A stretch of 31,897 bases of DNA from a virus, in IMG/VR virus record IMGVR_UViG_3300000973_000001, positions 1 through 31,897 of that record, one strand, 5' to 3'. A program made the translations under genes and the position numbers. The notes beneath the pieces were generated by a model. That model did no database searches. It was not told where the DNA came from and saw nothing but the letters and a program-made list of their open reading frames with translations. This document shows positions 17,260-25,010 of the stretch, in pieces. Positions within the stretch are counted from its first letter, which is position 1. The number at the start of each line of letters is the position of its first letter.

Positions 17260-17291
17260 TAAATATACAAGGTTATTTTTAATTATCCAAT
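17260..17291 (-). promoter_or_regulatory. Promoter P2: ATTG-N20-TATATTTA, sharing two exact 10-mers with P1
   Basis: In gene sense it reads ATTGGATAATTAAAAATAACCTTGTATATTTA. The ATG at 17234 follows about 22 nt after the predicted start. Confidence 0.5.
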
Positions 17292-17349
17292 TTGTTTAAT
17301 AACTTTTTTTGTCGTATCTTAGTAGTAAGTTTAATTAACACACACAATT

Positions 17350-17577
17350 ATGAAAGAAACATTTAAAAACGCTCACAAGGAATGGTTAGATTATGTAACC
17401 GAAAATGACCCAGAGTTTACAGAAACAGGATACGTTTTGTGGGAAATTGAAGAAGGTGATTGTTTATGGATATGTTACACAGACTCAAACGACAATAACG
17501 GAATCAAGGTTGCACAGTTATGGAATGAGTACGGTGCAAATTATTTCGATATTTACAAGCACGAAAGAGAGTTTTAA
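17350..17577 (+). CDS. Small strongly acidic protein (75 aa), the only plus-strand gene
   Basis: No competing minus-strand ORF in 17271..17573. ATG preceded by an AATTAACACACACAATT leader. By my count 17 D/E against 6 K/R. Confidence 0.55.
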   Translation: MKETFKNAHKEWLDYVTENDPEFTETGYVLWEIEEGDCLWICYTDSNDNNGIKVAQLWNEYGANYFDIYKHEREF

Positions 17578-18737
17578 CGAATAGCGTATCGACCGAAGTT
17601 CGGTTTGGATAGCTTAGAGTAACACGCATAACGTATCGCATCAGTCGTATGGTTATACATATCGATCGGTACGTTTAGCACATTCCCGTTCTTATCCTCT
17701 TTCCATTTGTAGTTCCTAAACTCCTTGATCACATTATCACTTCTCTTTGTAACAAACAAATGATACCTCTTTAACATATCAATACCGATGTTAATACTGT
17801 CTCTACCCTTCTCACTAGGTTTAACATTCCAACCCATTTGCCTTAACTCCACTATACTCTTTGGCTCTGCACTATCAGCAAATATCTCTGCTCTCCTGTC
17901 GATCTCAAGAGTACGTAACTCATTACCAATGTCTCTATTGGTCATACCCGTTCTATAAATGAGTTCATTAAAGTAAAGGTTGTTATCCTTCTTATGTACA
18001 GATACAAGTGTAGTAGGGTCATTAGAATATCCAAAGTCCATACCGTATGATATTAGCTGTGCATCTTGTGGTATCTTCTCTATAGGAGTGTAGTTAAATA
18101 TGAGTGTCTTACCTATACCTACCTCACCAAGACCGTAAACCCTCCAGTAGTTTTCATCTGTCTCCTTGAGTAACTCGATCTCATCCTTAATCGACTGTGG
18201 TAAGAATGGATTGTTCTTATATGTGGTTATGTGAAACTCTGCATCCGCTCGTGTTTTAACCTTCTCATATATCCAATGGAACTCGTCTGACGGGTTGTAA
18301 TCAAGGATAATTCTTCCAGTAGTACGGAATACCAACTGTTGCCAATCTTCCCAATGTAACTCGTTAGCTTCGTTTATAAACAGTAAATCCCTTTTACGAC
18401 CCCTCACCTTTTGCGGTTGGTCTAAGGATATAAACTCTATAAGGTTGCCATTAAGTATGTACTCGGCTGATGACTTGTTGTGATACTTATCGTCATACAA
18501 TTCATAGTCTTGTAATATCTGTATGAAATCTCTCATAGCAGAAGTACGTAAAGCAGGATAAGTCTTTCGACATATTGTAACAACCTTCTTCTTGTTATTT
18601 AACGCATACCCAAAGATTAACCACATTAGTATATTGTAGGTCTTACCTGATCGAGTACCACCCTGCTCAATGACTATCCTCTTGTCTGTCTTTTCGAGGT
18701 GTCTAAATACTATGTTACTCCGAATCTTCCTCATCAA
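17574..18737 (-). CDS. terL: Terminase large subunit
   Basis: Walker A GGTRSGKTY, Walker B LLFINEANE and nuclease motif YGMDFGYSNDPT. PBSX/XtmB-type layout. Confidence 0.85.
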   Translation of the reverse strand: MMRKIRSNIVFRHLEKTDKRIVIEQGGTRSGKTYNILMWLIFGYALNNKKKVVTICRKTYPALRTSAMRDFIQILQDYELYDDKYHNKSSAEYILNGNLIEFISLDQPQKVRGRKRDLLFINEANELHWEDWQQLVFRTTGRIILDYNPSDEFHWIYEKVKTRADAEFHITTYKNNPFLPQSIKDEIELLKETDENYWRVYGLGEVGIGKTLIFNYTPIEKIPQDAQLISYGMDFGYSNDPTTLVSVHKKDNNLYFNELIYRTGMTNRDIGNELRTLEIDRRAEIFADSAEPKSIVELRQMGWNVKPSEKGRDSINIGIDMLKRYHLFVTKRSDNVIKEFRNYKWKEDKNGNVLNVPIDMYNHTTDAIRYACYSKLSKPNFGRYAIR

Positions 18738-19068
18738 TAGTATCTACAATCTCTACTCTAAAGTGATTGTCTGTACCCATATCTACTTCTTGACGTTCTA
18801 CATATCCACGTTCTTTACCTCGTGTCTTTAAGTAAAAGATAATACTGGTCTCTCTGTTCTCCTTGATATTCTCAAACAACTTACTCTCTGCAAAGTCAAG
18901 ACAAACGTTATGTATTGAGTCTACCTCTTTACGATACTCTTCATCTTCATTATACCAAGCGTAATGTGTAGATCGATGTATCCCTGCATTTTGTGCTGCA
19001 ACAGATACTATCCCTAGATTTTTCTCTAAAGATTGTATCATCCTTTTTTTAGTGTCGGATGTGTTCAT
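18715..19068 (-). CDS. terS: Terminase small subunit (HTH)
   Basis: 117 aa directly upstream of and overlapping terL. The pattern LGIVSVAAQNAGIHRSTHYAWYNEDEEYRKEV...IFYLKTRGKERGY is typical of small terminases. Confidence 0.6.
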   Translation of the reverse strand: MNTSDTKKRMIQSLEKNLGIVSVAAQNAGIHRSTHYAWYNEDEEYRKEVDSIHNVCLDFAESKLFENIKENRETSIIFYLKTRGKERGYVERQEVDMGTDNHFRVEIVDTIDEEDSE

Positions 19069-19069
19069 A

Positions 19070-19618
19070 CTACTCTACCTCACTTTTCTTAATCTCAAAC
19101 TCTTCCATACAATGTGGGCATATCAATTCTACTGTTTCAATGTGTGTCGCTTCTGCACTAAATCGGTCTTCTAAGTCTGTACGTTTCTTAGTTACCTCTT
19201 CTTCTGTGATCGGCTTAACGTTAAACCCTACACTTTCGTCTAACCAACTTGTTAAATCTACATTTTGGAAATAGGTTTGCATTTCTTCAAACTGTCCTAT
19301 CTCTCGTAACTCTACAACAAGTTCGTCATTATCCCACATAGTCATTTCGTGAGTCTTGTTATCTGCTATACGATACGCTTTTGCTTTACGATCATCTAAG
19401 TCTGTGATAATACAGGGTGCTGTCTCATATCCTAATTGCATTAGTGCTTTAAACCTTGCGTGTCCCGTAATGATAACATTGTTCTTGTCTAATACTAATG
19501 GCTGATTAAAGCCGTAATCCTTAATAGACTTCTTTAACGCTTCTACCGTTGTATCGTTCTTACGTGCATTTCTCCAATAGGGTTTTACCTGTGTAAGCTT
19601 AATCTCTTGTACCTTCAT
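19070..19618 (-). CDS. ParB/Srx N-terminal-domain protein with a C-terminal CPHC zinc-ribbon-like tail (182 aa)
   Basis: VKPYWRNARKND...LKKSIKDYGFNQPLVLDKNNVIITGHARFKALMQLG is the ParB-N/sulfiredoxin-fold signature. Confidence 0.6.
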   Translation of the reverse strand: MKVQEIKLTQVKPYWRNARKNDTTVEALKKSIKDYGFNQPLVLDKNNVIITGHARFKALMQLGYETAPCIITDLDDRKAKAYRIADNKTHEMTMWDNDELVVELREIGQFEEMQTYFQNVDLTSWLDESVGFNVKPITEEEVTKKRTDLEDRFSAEATHIETVELICPHCMEEFEIKKSEVE

Positions 19619-20255
19619 AATACTTCTTTTTTACTTGTATCTGTTTTTTAGACTCCCACGCCTTCTTATACTCTGCGTCTGCAAATAGTTTACTAAATCC
19701 TGTGATATGTTTCAAACGTAGCAGTTCTTCTGCTTCCATACCTAGTTCTTCACAAATATCGTGATCTTCCCATCCATTGTCAAGCATACCGAACACAATG
19801 CTACTCATTCCTTTAATTGAGTGCTTACCTCTTGCTCGGTTATGTCTCACCGTTGATGCCATACGATCATTGATGTCTTTATCTAAGACTACAATAGGCA
19901 ACTTACCGTGATTTCTTTCACGTATATCATCGTGTGTCTTACAGGTTAAGTACCTATGGAATCCATCTATAATAACGTATTTATCAATGTTTTTATCATA
20001 AATTGTTACTACAGGCTGTGTATAGCCATCGTGTTTGATCGAAGTGTATAGTAATTTCATCTCGATCGTTGCTACACTATTAGGGTTATAGTCATTTGCC
20101 TGCACCTTATCTACGTCAACCCAATGTATTCTGTTTACGGGTTGTGTCTTTAAGGGAGACATTTTATCTAACTCCTCCTTTACACGTTCGATGTACTCAA
20201 TCTTATCTAAATCAGATACATCATCTCTTGTTAAATACTCTCTAATCTTATCCAT
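19599..20255 (-). CDS. IbrB-like ParB-domain protein (218 aa)
   Basis: ANDYNPNSVATIEMKLLYTSIKHDGYTQPVVTIYD...YVIIDGFHRY, the ParB-like nuclease-domain pattern seen in partners of PAPS-reductase-type proteins. Confidence 0.6.
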   Translation of the reverse strand: MDKIREYLTRDDVSDLDKIEYIERVKEELDKMSPLKTQPVNRIHWVDVDKVQANDYNPNSVATIEMKLLYTSIKHDGYTQPVVTIYDKNIDKYVIIDGFHRYLTCKTHDDIRERNHGKLPIVVLDKDINDRMASTVRHNRARGKHSIKGMSSIVFGMLDNGWEDHDICEELGMEAEELLRLKHITGFSKLFADAEYKKAWESKKQIQVKKKYYEGTRD

Positions 20256-21387
20256 ATATATACTTGTTACCTTTTGTCCATTTCGTTGTTATACCTTTCT
20301 TCCACTTCTTCCAATTCAATATGTCGGGTTTCTCTGTAAAGTTTCTAAGCTTTGCCATATCCACATCGTTTGTAAGTACAGTATTAATCTGCGCTCTATG
20401 CAAATCCTGTATGTGTTTCATATCCTCATACTGCTTATCCTGTTTCTCCCACGTTTTAAAGAACCTTTTCTTGTGATCCTCATTTTGCACTAGGTTTTCT
20501 GTAAGGTAATCCCTGTATTCTCGCCAGTCCTTAAACATAAACGGTAACTCCTTAACAAAGAAATCCTTTTTCATCTTACCTGCTGTATTGATACCGCTCA
20601 TTCTCTTAGTTAGTGCTACCCACGTCTCTTGCTCTACCTCCTGCAAATATTCCATTACCTGTAACGCTGTCTCGTGATGTAAATTAGACACACGCATACT
20701 TCTTATTGGAACACCGTGCATATACTGATAATCATATACCTTAGTGTATGGCCAGTCGTTATCGTGTATAGCCTTCCACACGTCAGTATAAGACCAATCA
20801 TAAATAGGATAAAACGTAAAATGCTCTTCTTTCTTACTAAGTCTTTTACCCCACGTAATATCTTTATACGTCAATGCTTCTGTCATTGCTAAGTATCTTC
20901 GTGGACTTTCCTCTGCCCGTACTCCACCTAAGAAGCACATACGCTCACCTTTGTAATGGTGTGCAGGTATTGCAGAGAATAGATCATAAAACCTATCAGT
21001 ACCATAAACGTTTTCTGTAAGAGCCATAGGGTTTCTAGGTCTCATAGTCTCTACTCCCTCTTCCCACGCTGTAATCCATTGTTTGATATTAGACGATGCG
21101 TTGAATATCTTGAATGGTATCTGTAACCACATTGGATCTATACGTGGATCAGAAAACACATCCTCCATATAATCTATAACCGCTTGCCACTCTGCTTCTT
21201 GATCTAAGAACATCACCTTTAACGGCAACCTATTCTTTTCTTCTGCAACAATAAGAGCAAGGTATAGGGTAACAGTAGAATCCTTTCCCCCACTAAATGA
21301 TACCACTACATTTTCAAACTCATCGAACAGGTATCTCATTCGATCTAATGATTCGTCAAATACATTTTGTTTCTTATAAATCCGCAT
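20248..21387 (-). CDS. IbrA-like PAPS-reductase/PP-loop ATP-pyrophosphatase family protein (379 aa)
   Basis: PP-loop VVVSFSGGKDSTV near the N-terminus. The long C-terminal extension (..SMRVSNLHHETALQVMEYLQEVEQETW..) resembles the DUF3440 region of IbrA. Confidence 0.7.
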   Translation of the reverse strand: MRIYKKQNVFDESLDRMRYLFDEFENVVVSFSGGKDSTVTLYLALIVAEEKNRLPLKVMFLDQEAEWQAVIDYMEDVFSDPRIDPMWLQIPFKIFNASSNIKQWITAWEEGVETMRPRNPMALTENVYGTDRFYDLFSAIPAHHYKGERMCFLGGVRAEESPRRYLAMTEALTYKDITWGKRLSKKEEHFTFYPIYDWSYTDVWKAIHDNDWPYTKVYDYQYMHGVPIRSMRVSNLHHETALQVMEYLQEVEQETWVALTKRMSGINTAGKMKKDFFVKELPFMFKDWREYRDYLTENLVQNEDHKKRFFKTWEKQDKQYEDMKHIQDLHRAQINTVLTNDVDMAKLRNFTEKPDILNWKKWKKGITTKWTKGNKYIYG

Positions 21388-22150
21388 ACATCTTATGTAA
21401 TTTATGTGCCTTCTCTGTAAGATTCTTTGAGGTTGGCATATGATAATTATTATTCTTGTGTGGGTAAATCTCTGTTGTTGGGTGCATATCGATCAAACGC
21501 TCATCTAACAAACACATCTCTTGCTCTTTGTATAGTGTTTTAATACCACCGTTCATTACTGCATTGTGTTCTATAATACTCCCAAGATACCTGTAATTCT
21601 TGTAACCACTTATGTACGCATTAAGAGACAACATTATATCGTCATATAAATAAGGCTTAATAACCTTACCTAATACACTATCAGCTACATCGTGTCTAAA
21701 TATTAAACCACCACCTGTATTGACTAGGTTCTGTTTAAGAAACTTATGCTCGTATCTCTTACGTGCCATCATCTTCTCTGTATTAACCCTAACCCAATTT
21801 GTACTAATCATACCTGCATTTCTATTCTCTAACAAAAACTCAACAGGTGCTTCATAGTTTACCTTGTCCATCATAATAGCGTCATCATCGTTCATACAAT
21901 ATATGTCGCTTGGATACGCTTTCATCAGTTCGCAACGTGCAACATAAGGTGCTACACGTTTACTACTAACAATTGATCCCGAGATCATATGACCATAATT
22001 GTTCATTAAATATGCGTGGTCGCTATAACTGTAACATTGTAAATATACATATATGTTCCAATCCTTGATCACCTCAAGAGTCTGTATAGAATTTAACAGC
22101 TTGTATAACGACTGTGGTCTTACGCTTGGTATATATAACCCTTTTCTCAT
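21374..22150 (-). CDS. GT-A-fold glycosyltransferase-like protein (258 aa)
   Basis: N-terminal LYIPSVRPQSL and acidic CMNDDDAIM (DxD-like) patch. The assignment is tentative. Confidence 0.35.
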   Translation of the reverse strand: MRKGLYIPSVRPQSLYKLLNSIQTLEVIKDWNIYVYLQCYSYSDHAYLMNNYGHMISGSIVSSKRVAPYVARCELMKAYPSDIYCMNDDDAIMMDKVNYEAPVEFLLENRNAGMISTNWVRVNTEKMMARKRYEHKFLKQNLVNTGGGLIFRHDVADSVLGKVIKPYLYDDIMLSLNAYISGYKNYRYLGSIIEHNAVMNGGIKTLYKEQEMCLLDERLIDMHPTTEIYPHKNNNYHMPTSKNLTEKAHKLHKMYADL

Positions 22151-22980
22151 TTTGTTACTATATAATAATTATTAAACTCTATAACATTGCTTTCACAAAA
22201 CAACATCTCTAAGAACTCTCTTGTATGCTTGTGATGGTATATCTGTTTCTTCACACGCTCATACGTTACGGGTTCATAATCCTCTTTGTAAAACATTAAG
22301 AAGTGGCTGTCTGCATACTCACCTACTCTTGTAAGATACTGCGGTATGACGTAATTCATACTGCCGTATAACGATACTACTACTGTGGGTTTATCCTTGT
22401 GTATCATTGTTCGGTATGTCTCGAAACGATCTATATTAAATCGCTTACCCTTGTGTCTTTCACGTGCGATCTCTATCATTCTTCTACTTGGATCAATACC
22501 ACAATAACCTTCAAACCTATCTCTGTCGATTAAAAACACATTTGACATATCTAAAAATAAACCTGTTCCACATCCAATATCATACACGTGCTTACCCTCT
22601 ATATATCTTTCTAACATCTCCCACACCCTTCTATTCTCTTCCCAATCTTTATCTTCGTTGAAGAGCATATCGTAATAATCTGCAATATCATTGTACTGTG
22701 TATGTGAGAATGATTTATTAATGAGTATCGTCTCGTCTATTGGCGCACCCATTGTCCAATACTTCCAACCCTTGTGTTCCCATACTGTAAACGGCTTTCT
22801 CCAAAAATACTCTGTCTTACCCTCTTCACGTATCGCTATTACAATCTTATCAAACTCAGGGTCATCTCCCCATTTCTCACGTAACGTGTACCAGTGTGGT
22901 GCTTTGTGTGCATACGTCTTTGCAAACTTCCAATCCTTAGCTTCTAAGAGATCGAACATATCATCGTAACTATAACGCAT
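22147..22980 (-). CDS. Class I SAM-dependent methyltransferase fused to an N-terminal domain of about 95 aa and unknown function
   Basis: Motif I VYDIGCGTGLF and post-I CGIDPSRRMIEIA. The N-terminus has WKFAKTYAHKAPHWYTLR...ILINKS. Confidence 0.55.
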   Translation of the reverse strand: MRYSYDDMFDLLEAKDWKFAKTYAHKAPHWYTLREKWGDDPEFDKIVIAIREEGKTEYFWRKPFTVWEHKGWKYWTMGAPIDETILINKSFSHTQYNDIADYYDMLFNEDKDWEENRRVWEMLERYIEGKHVYDIGCGTGLFLDMSNVFLIDRDRFEGYCGIDPSRRMIEIARERHKGKRFNIDRFETYRTMIHKDKPTVVVSLYGSMNYVIPQYLTRVGEYADSHFLMFYKEDYEPVTYERVKKQIYHHKHTREFLEMLFCESNVIEFNNYYIVTK

Positions 22981-23443
22981 ACAACTTCTCTTCTTCTTTA
23001 CGTTTCTTATCCTCTTGTATCTTCTCTTCGTTCTTTAAACTCGTTAAACGAAAAGCCTCTGCCATACAATTATCTACGGCATCGTAAAACTCGGGATCGA
23101 TATACTTTAGCTTTGTCTGTAACGAACTTAGCTTAATAGAATTATCATCTACCATATCCGATAACACTTGCATCGTGTTCATTAACTCCTTGTCATAAAA
23201 ACAATACTGCTCGAACATTCTCTCTGCGTGTAGTACCGTTGCGTGATCGTATGACTTTTTGCCATTGTCTCTGTAAAACTTACCTATTCTTTCTAACGAC
23301 CATCCTAAGTTCTTTCTACACATTACAACGTGCAACGATCTGTATGTAACAATCTCTCTTCTTCTTGTGTTTTCAAACACGTTATATCCTGTGGTCTTTC
23401 GTATTGACCTTGCCCACGTTTGAGCCTTAATTTCACTTCTCAT
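22970..23443 (-). CDS. DnaA domain-IV-like DNA-binding protein (157 aa)
   Basis: TRRREIVTYRSLHVVMCRKNLGWSLERIGKFY....YDHATVLHAERMFEQ aligns with the DnaA C-terminal HTH pattern (R.R.v..R......SL.eIG..F...DHtTVlHA). Confidence 0.65.
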   Translation of the reverse strand: MRSEIKAQTWARSIRKTTGYNVFENTRRREIVTYRSLHVVMCRKNLGWSLERIGKFYRDNGKKSYDHATVLHAERMFEQYCFYDKELMNTMQVLSDMVDDNSIKLSSLQTKLKYIDPEFYDAVDNCMAEAFRLTSLKNEEKIQEDKKRKEEEKLYAL

Positions 23444-24228
23444 AGTATATCTTCAAAATAATAATTGTTAATGAACTCTGTAACCTCTTCGGTTTCTTTG
23501 CCTTGTATATTGTTTTTGTATGCGCTTAACACGTTTTCTACTTTCATCCTACCCGACTCCCAAAACTCCTTACTACATTTGTAAACCCCTATATCTAACG
23601 ACTTCTTGTCTATTGCTATAAACTCAAAATCATTGTAACTCTTATTCCACAACTGTCCATAAATATACGTTTGTATATCATATCCTAGTGCATATGCATC
23701 CTTGCGGAAATTGGATATGTTTTGACACGTCTTAAGGTCTATTATCTTACCTGTGTCTGTTATTATATCTGCTTTACCTCTAAACGGTATGTCGTCTATA
23801 ACTCCAAACATCGGTACTTCAAATTTGCTGTTACGTAATGCACCCATCGCTTTTTGGTTTACTGTAAACGCTCGTGCTAAACGCTCGGCATCTTGCTTTT
23901 CCTTTTGCGTGTAAACATTACCCTTGCCGTGTACCTTTTCCAACTCTTTAAAGGCAACACCTTTTGTAAGTGTCTTTGCGAATACTTGTGCATCAAATAC
24001 GTGTGGCTCAAGGATCGCTGCGTGAAATAACCATCCGTCTCTTAGCGGTTGTTCACTTGTTTGATACTTGTCAATGTAATAATACGACTTTGGACTCTTA
24101 GCCATTGTCTTAACCTTAGAACTACTAAACATCGCTTTTGAGCAATACCCATAATAAAATTCATCATCGTGCATATGGTCGAGCAACTGATCCTCTTCCC
24201 ATACATCTCCATTTAATAGTGTAATCAT
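23440..24228 (-). CDS. PD-(D/E)XK exonuclease, RecE/DUF3799-like (262 aa)
   Basis: GWLFHAAILEP and FRGKADIITDTGKIIDLKT motifs. Confidence 0.5.
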   Translation of the reverse strand: MITLLNGDVWEEDQLLDHMHDDEFYYGYCSKAMFSSSKVKTMAKSPKSYYYIDKYQTSEQPLRDGWLFHAAILEPHVFDAQVFAKTLTKGVAFKELEKVHGKGNVYTQKEKQDAERLARAFTVNQKAMGALRNSKFEVPMFGVIDDIPFRGKADIITDTGKIIDLKTCQNISNFRKDAYALGYDIQTYIYGQLWNKSYNDFEFIAIDKKSLDIGVYKCSKEFWESGRMKVENVLSAYKNNIQGKETEEVTEFINNYYFEDIL

Positions 24229-24461
24229 TATTTCTTCTCTTTTAAATACTTAATATAATTATCCTTAACGTGTTCGTACATTGTTGGGGTAAATGTATCT
24301 AACCAATCTTCGGGAGTGAACATTAGATGTACTTCCTCGCCATTGACAAAACGCTCTGCGATCACAAGTATCTCTTGACTATCTCCCTTGTTCGGGACTA
24401 TCGTGTGGCATTCTCTAATGTACATTGTGGTCGGTGTCTTTTCCGAAATACTTTTCTTCAT
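24228..24461 (-). CDS. Hypothetical early protein (77 aa; possibly starts at the ATG at 24425)
   Basis: ORF in the array. Its stop abuts the start of the exonuclease gene. Confidence 0.45.
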   Translation of the reverse strand: MKKSISEKTPTTMYIRECHTIVPNKGDSQEILVIAERFVNGEEVHLMFTPEDWLDTFTPTMYEHVKDNYIKYLKEKK

Positions 24462-24756
24462 ACTGTGTTAATTTTGTTACTGCTTCCAACGCTTGTTGCT
24501 GATATTTCAACTTATCCTTACGATACTGTGAGACAATCTTCTCATACGAATCCTGTTCCATCTGCATACTCGCTACATATATACCTATCTCTGCGAGTGC
24601 TTGTCCTAAAACCTTCAATACATCATTCTCGGGTTTGGCTTTTTTCCATTGGATCAACTGTTCGCTAATCACTTGAAAATTGTTAAGGTACTCTAACTCT
24701 TGTATTGTGCGAGTCTTTGCCCTGTATATCGATTGACCGTGTGAATCCTTATCCAT
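24415..24756 (-). CDS. Hypothetical coiled-coil early protein (113 aa)
   Basis: ORF in the array, overlapping both neighbours. Confidence 0.45.
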   Translation of the reverse strand: MDKDSHGQSIYRAKTRTIQELEYLNNFQVISEQLIQWKKAKPENDVLKVLGQALAEIGIYVASMQMEQDSYEKIVSQYRKDKLKYQQQALEAVTKLTQYEEKYFGKDTDHNVH

Positions 24757-24958
24757 TGATAAAATCCTTTAAACGTTTCATAGCCTCTCTCTTTGTGCTA
24801 TACAACTGATCCCACTCTTCACAAAACCTTAAAACGTCATTGTGATTTTCACTTTGTACTGCCCACTTACAATCTCCTACAATCGTATCATCGTGGACAA
24901 CAAACCATTGGGTATTCGGCACCTTGTACCATCCCCTACGAACTTTAATTGTTTTCAT
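24749..24958 (-). CDS. Hypothetical early protein (69 aa)
   Basis: First ORF after the 24959..25010 gap. Leader is AATACACAATAT-ATG. Confidence 0.45.
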   Translation of the reverse strand: MKTIKVRRGWYKVPNTQWFVVHDDTIVGDCKWAVQSENHNDVLRFCEEWDQLYSTKREAMKRLKDFING

Positions 24959-25010
24959 ATATTGTGTATTACTTTACACGCAATATACAAAATATTTAAT
25001 AAACTACAAG

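Noticed and set aside
24981-25010. Full promoter call upstream of the gene starting at 24958.
   Set aside because: Only the TTGTATATT half-motif is present (TATATTG, one T short of TAnnTTTG), and no TTTG lies at the right spacing. It is mentioned in a finding but not called as a feature.
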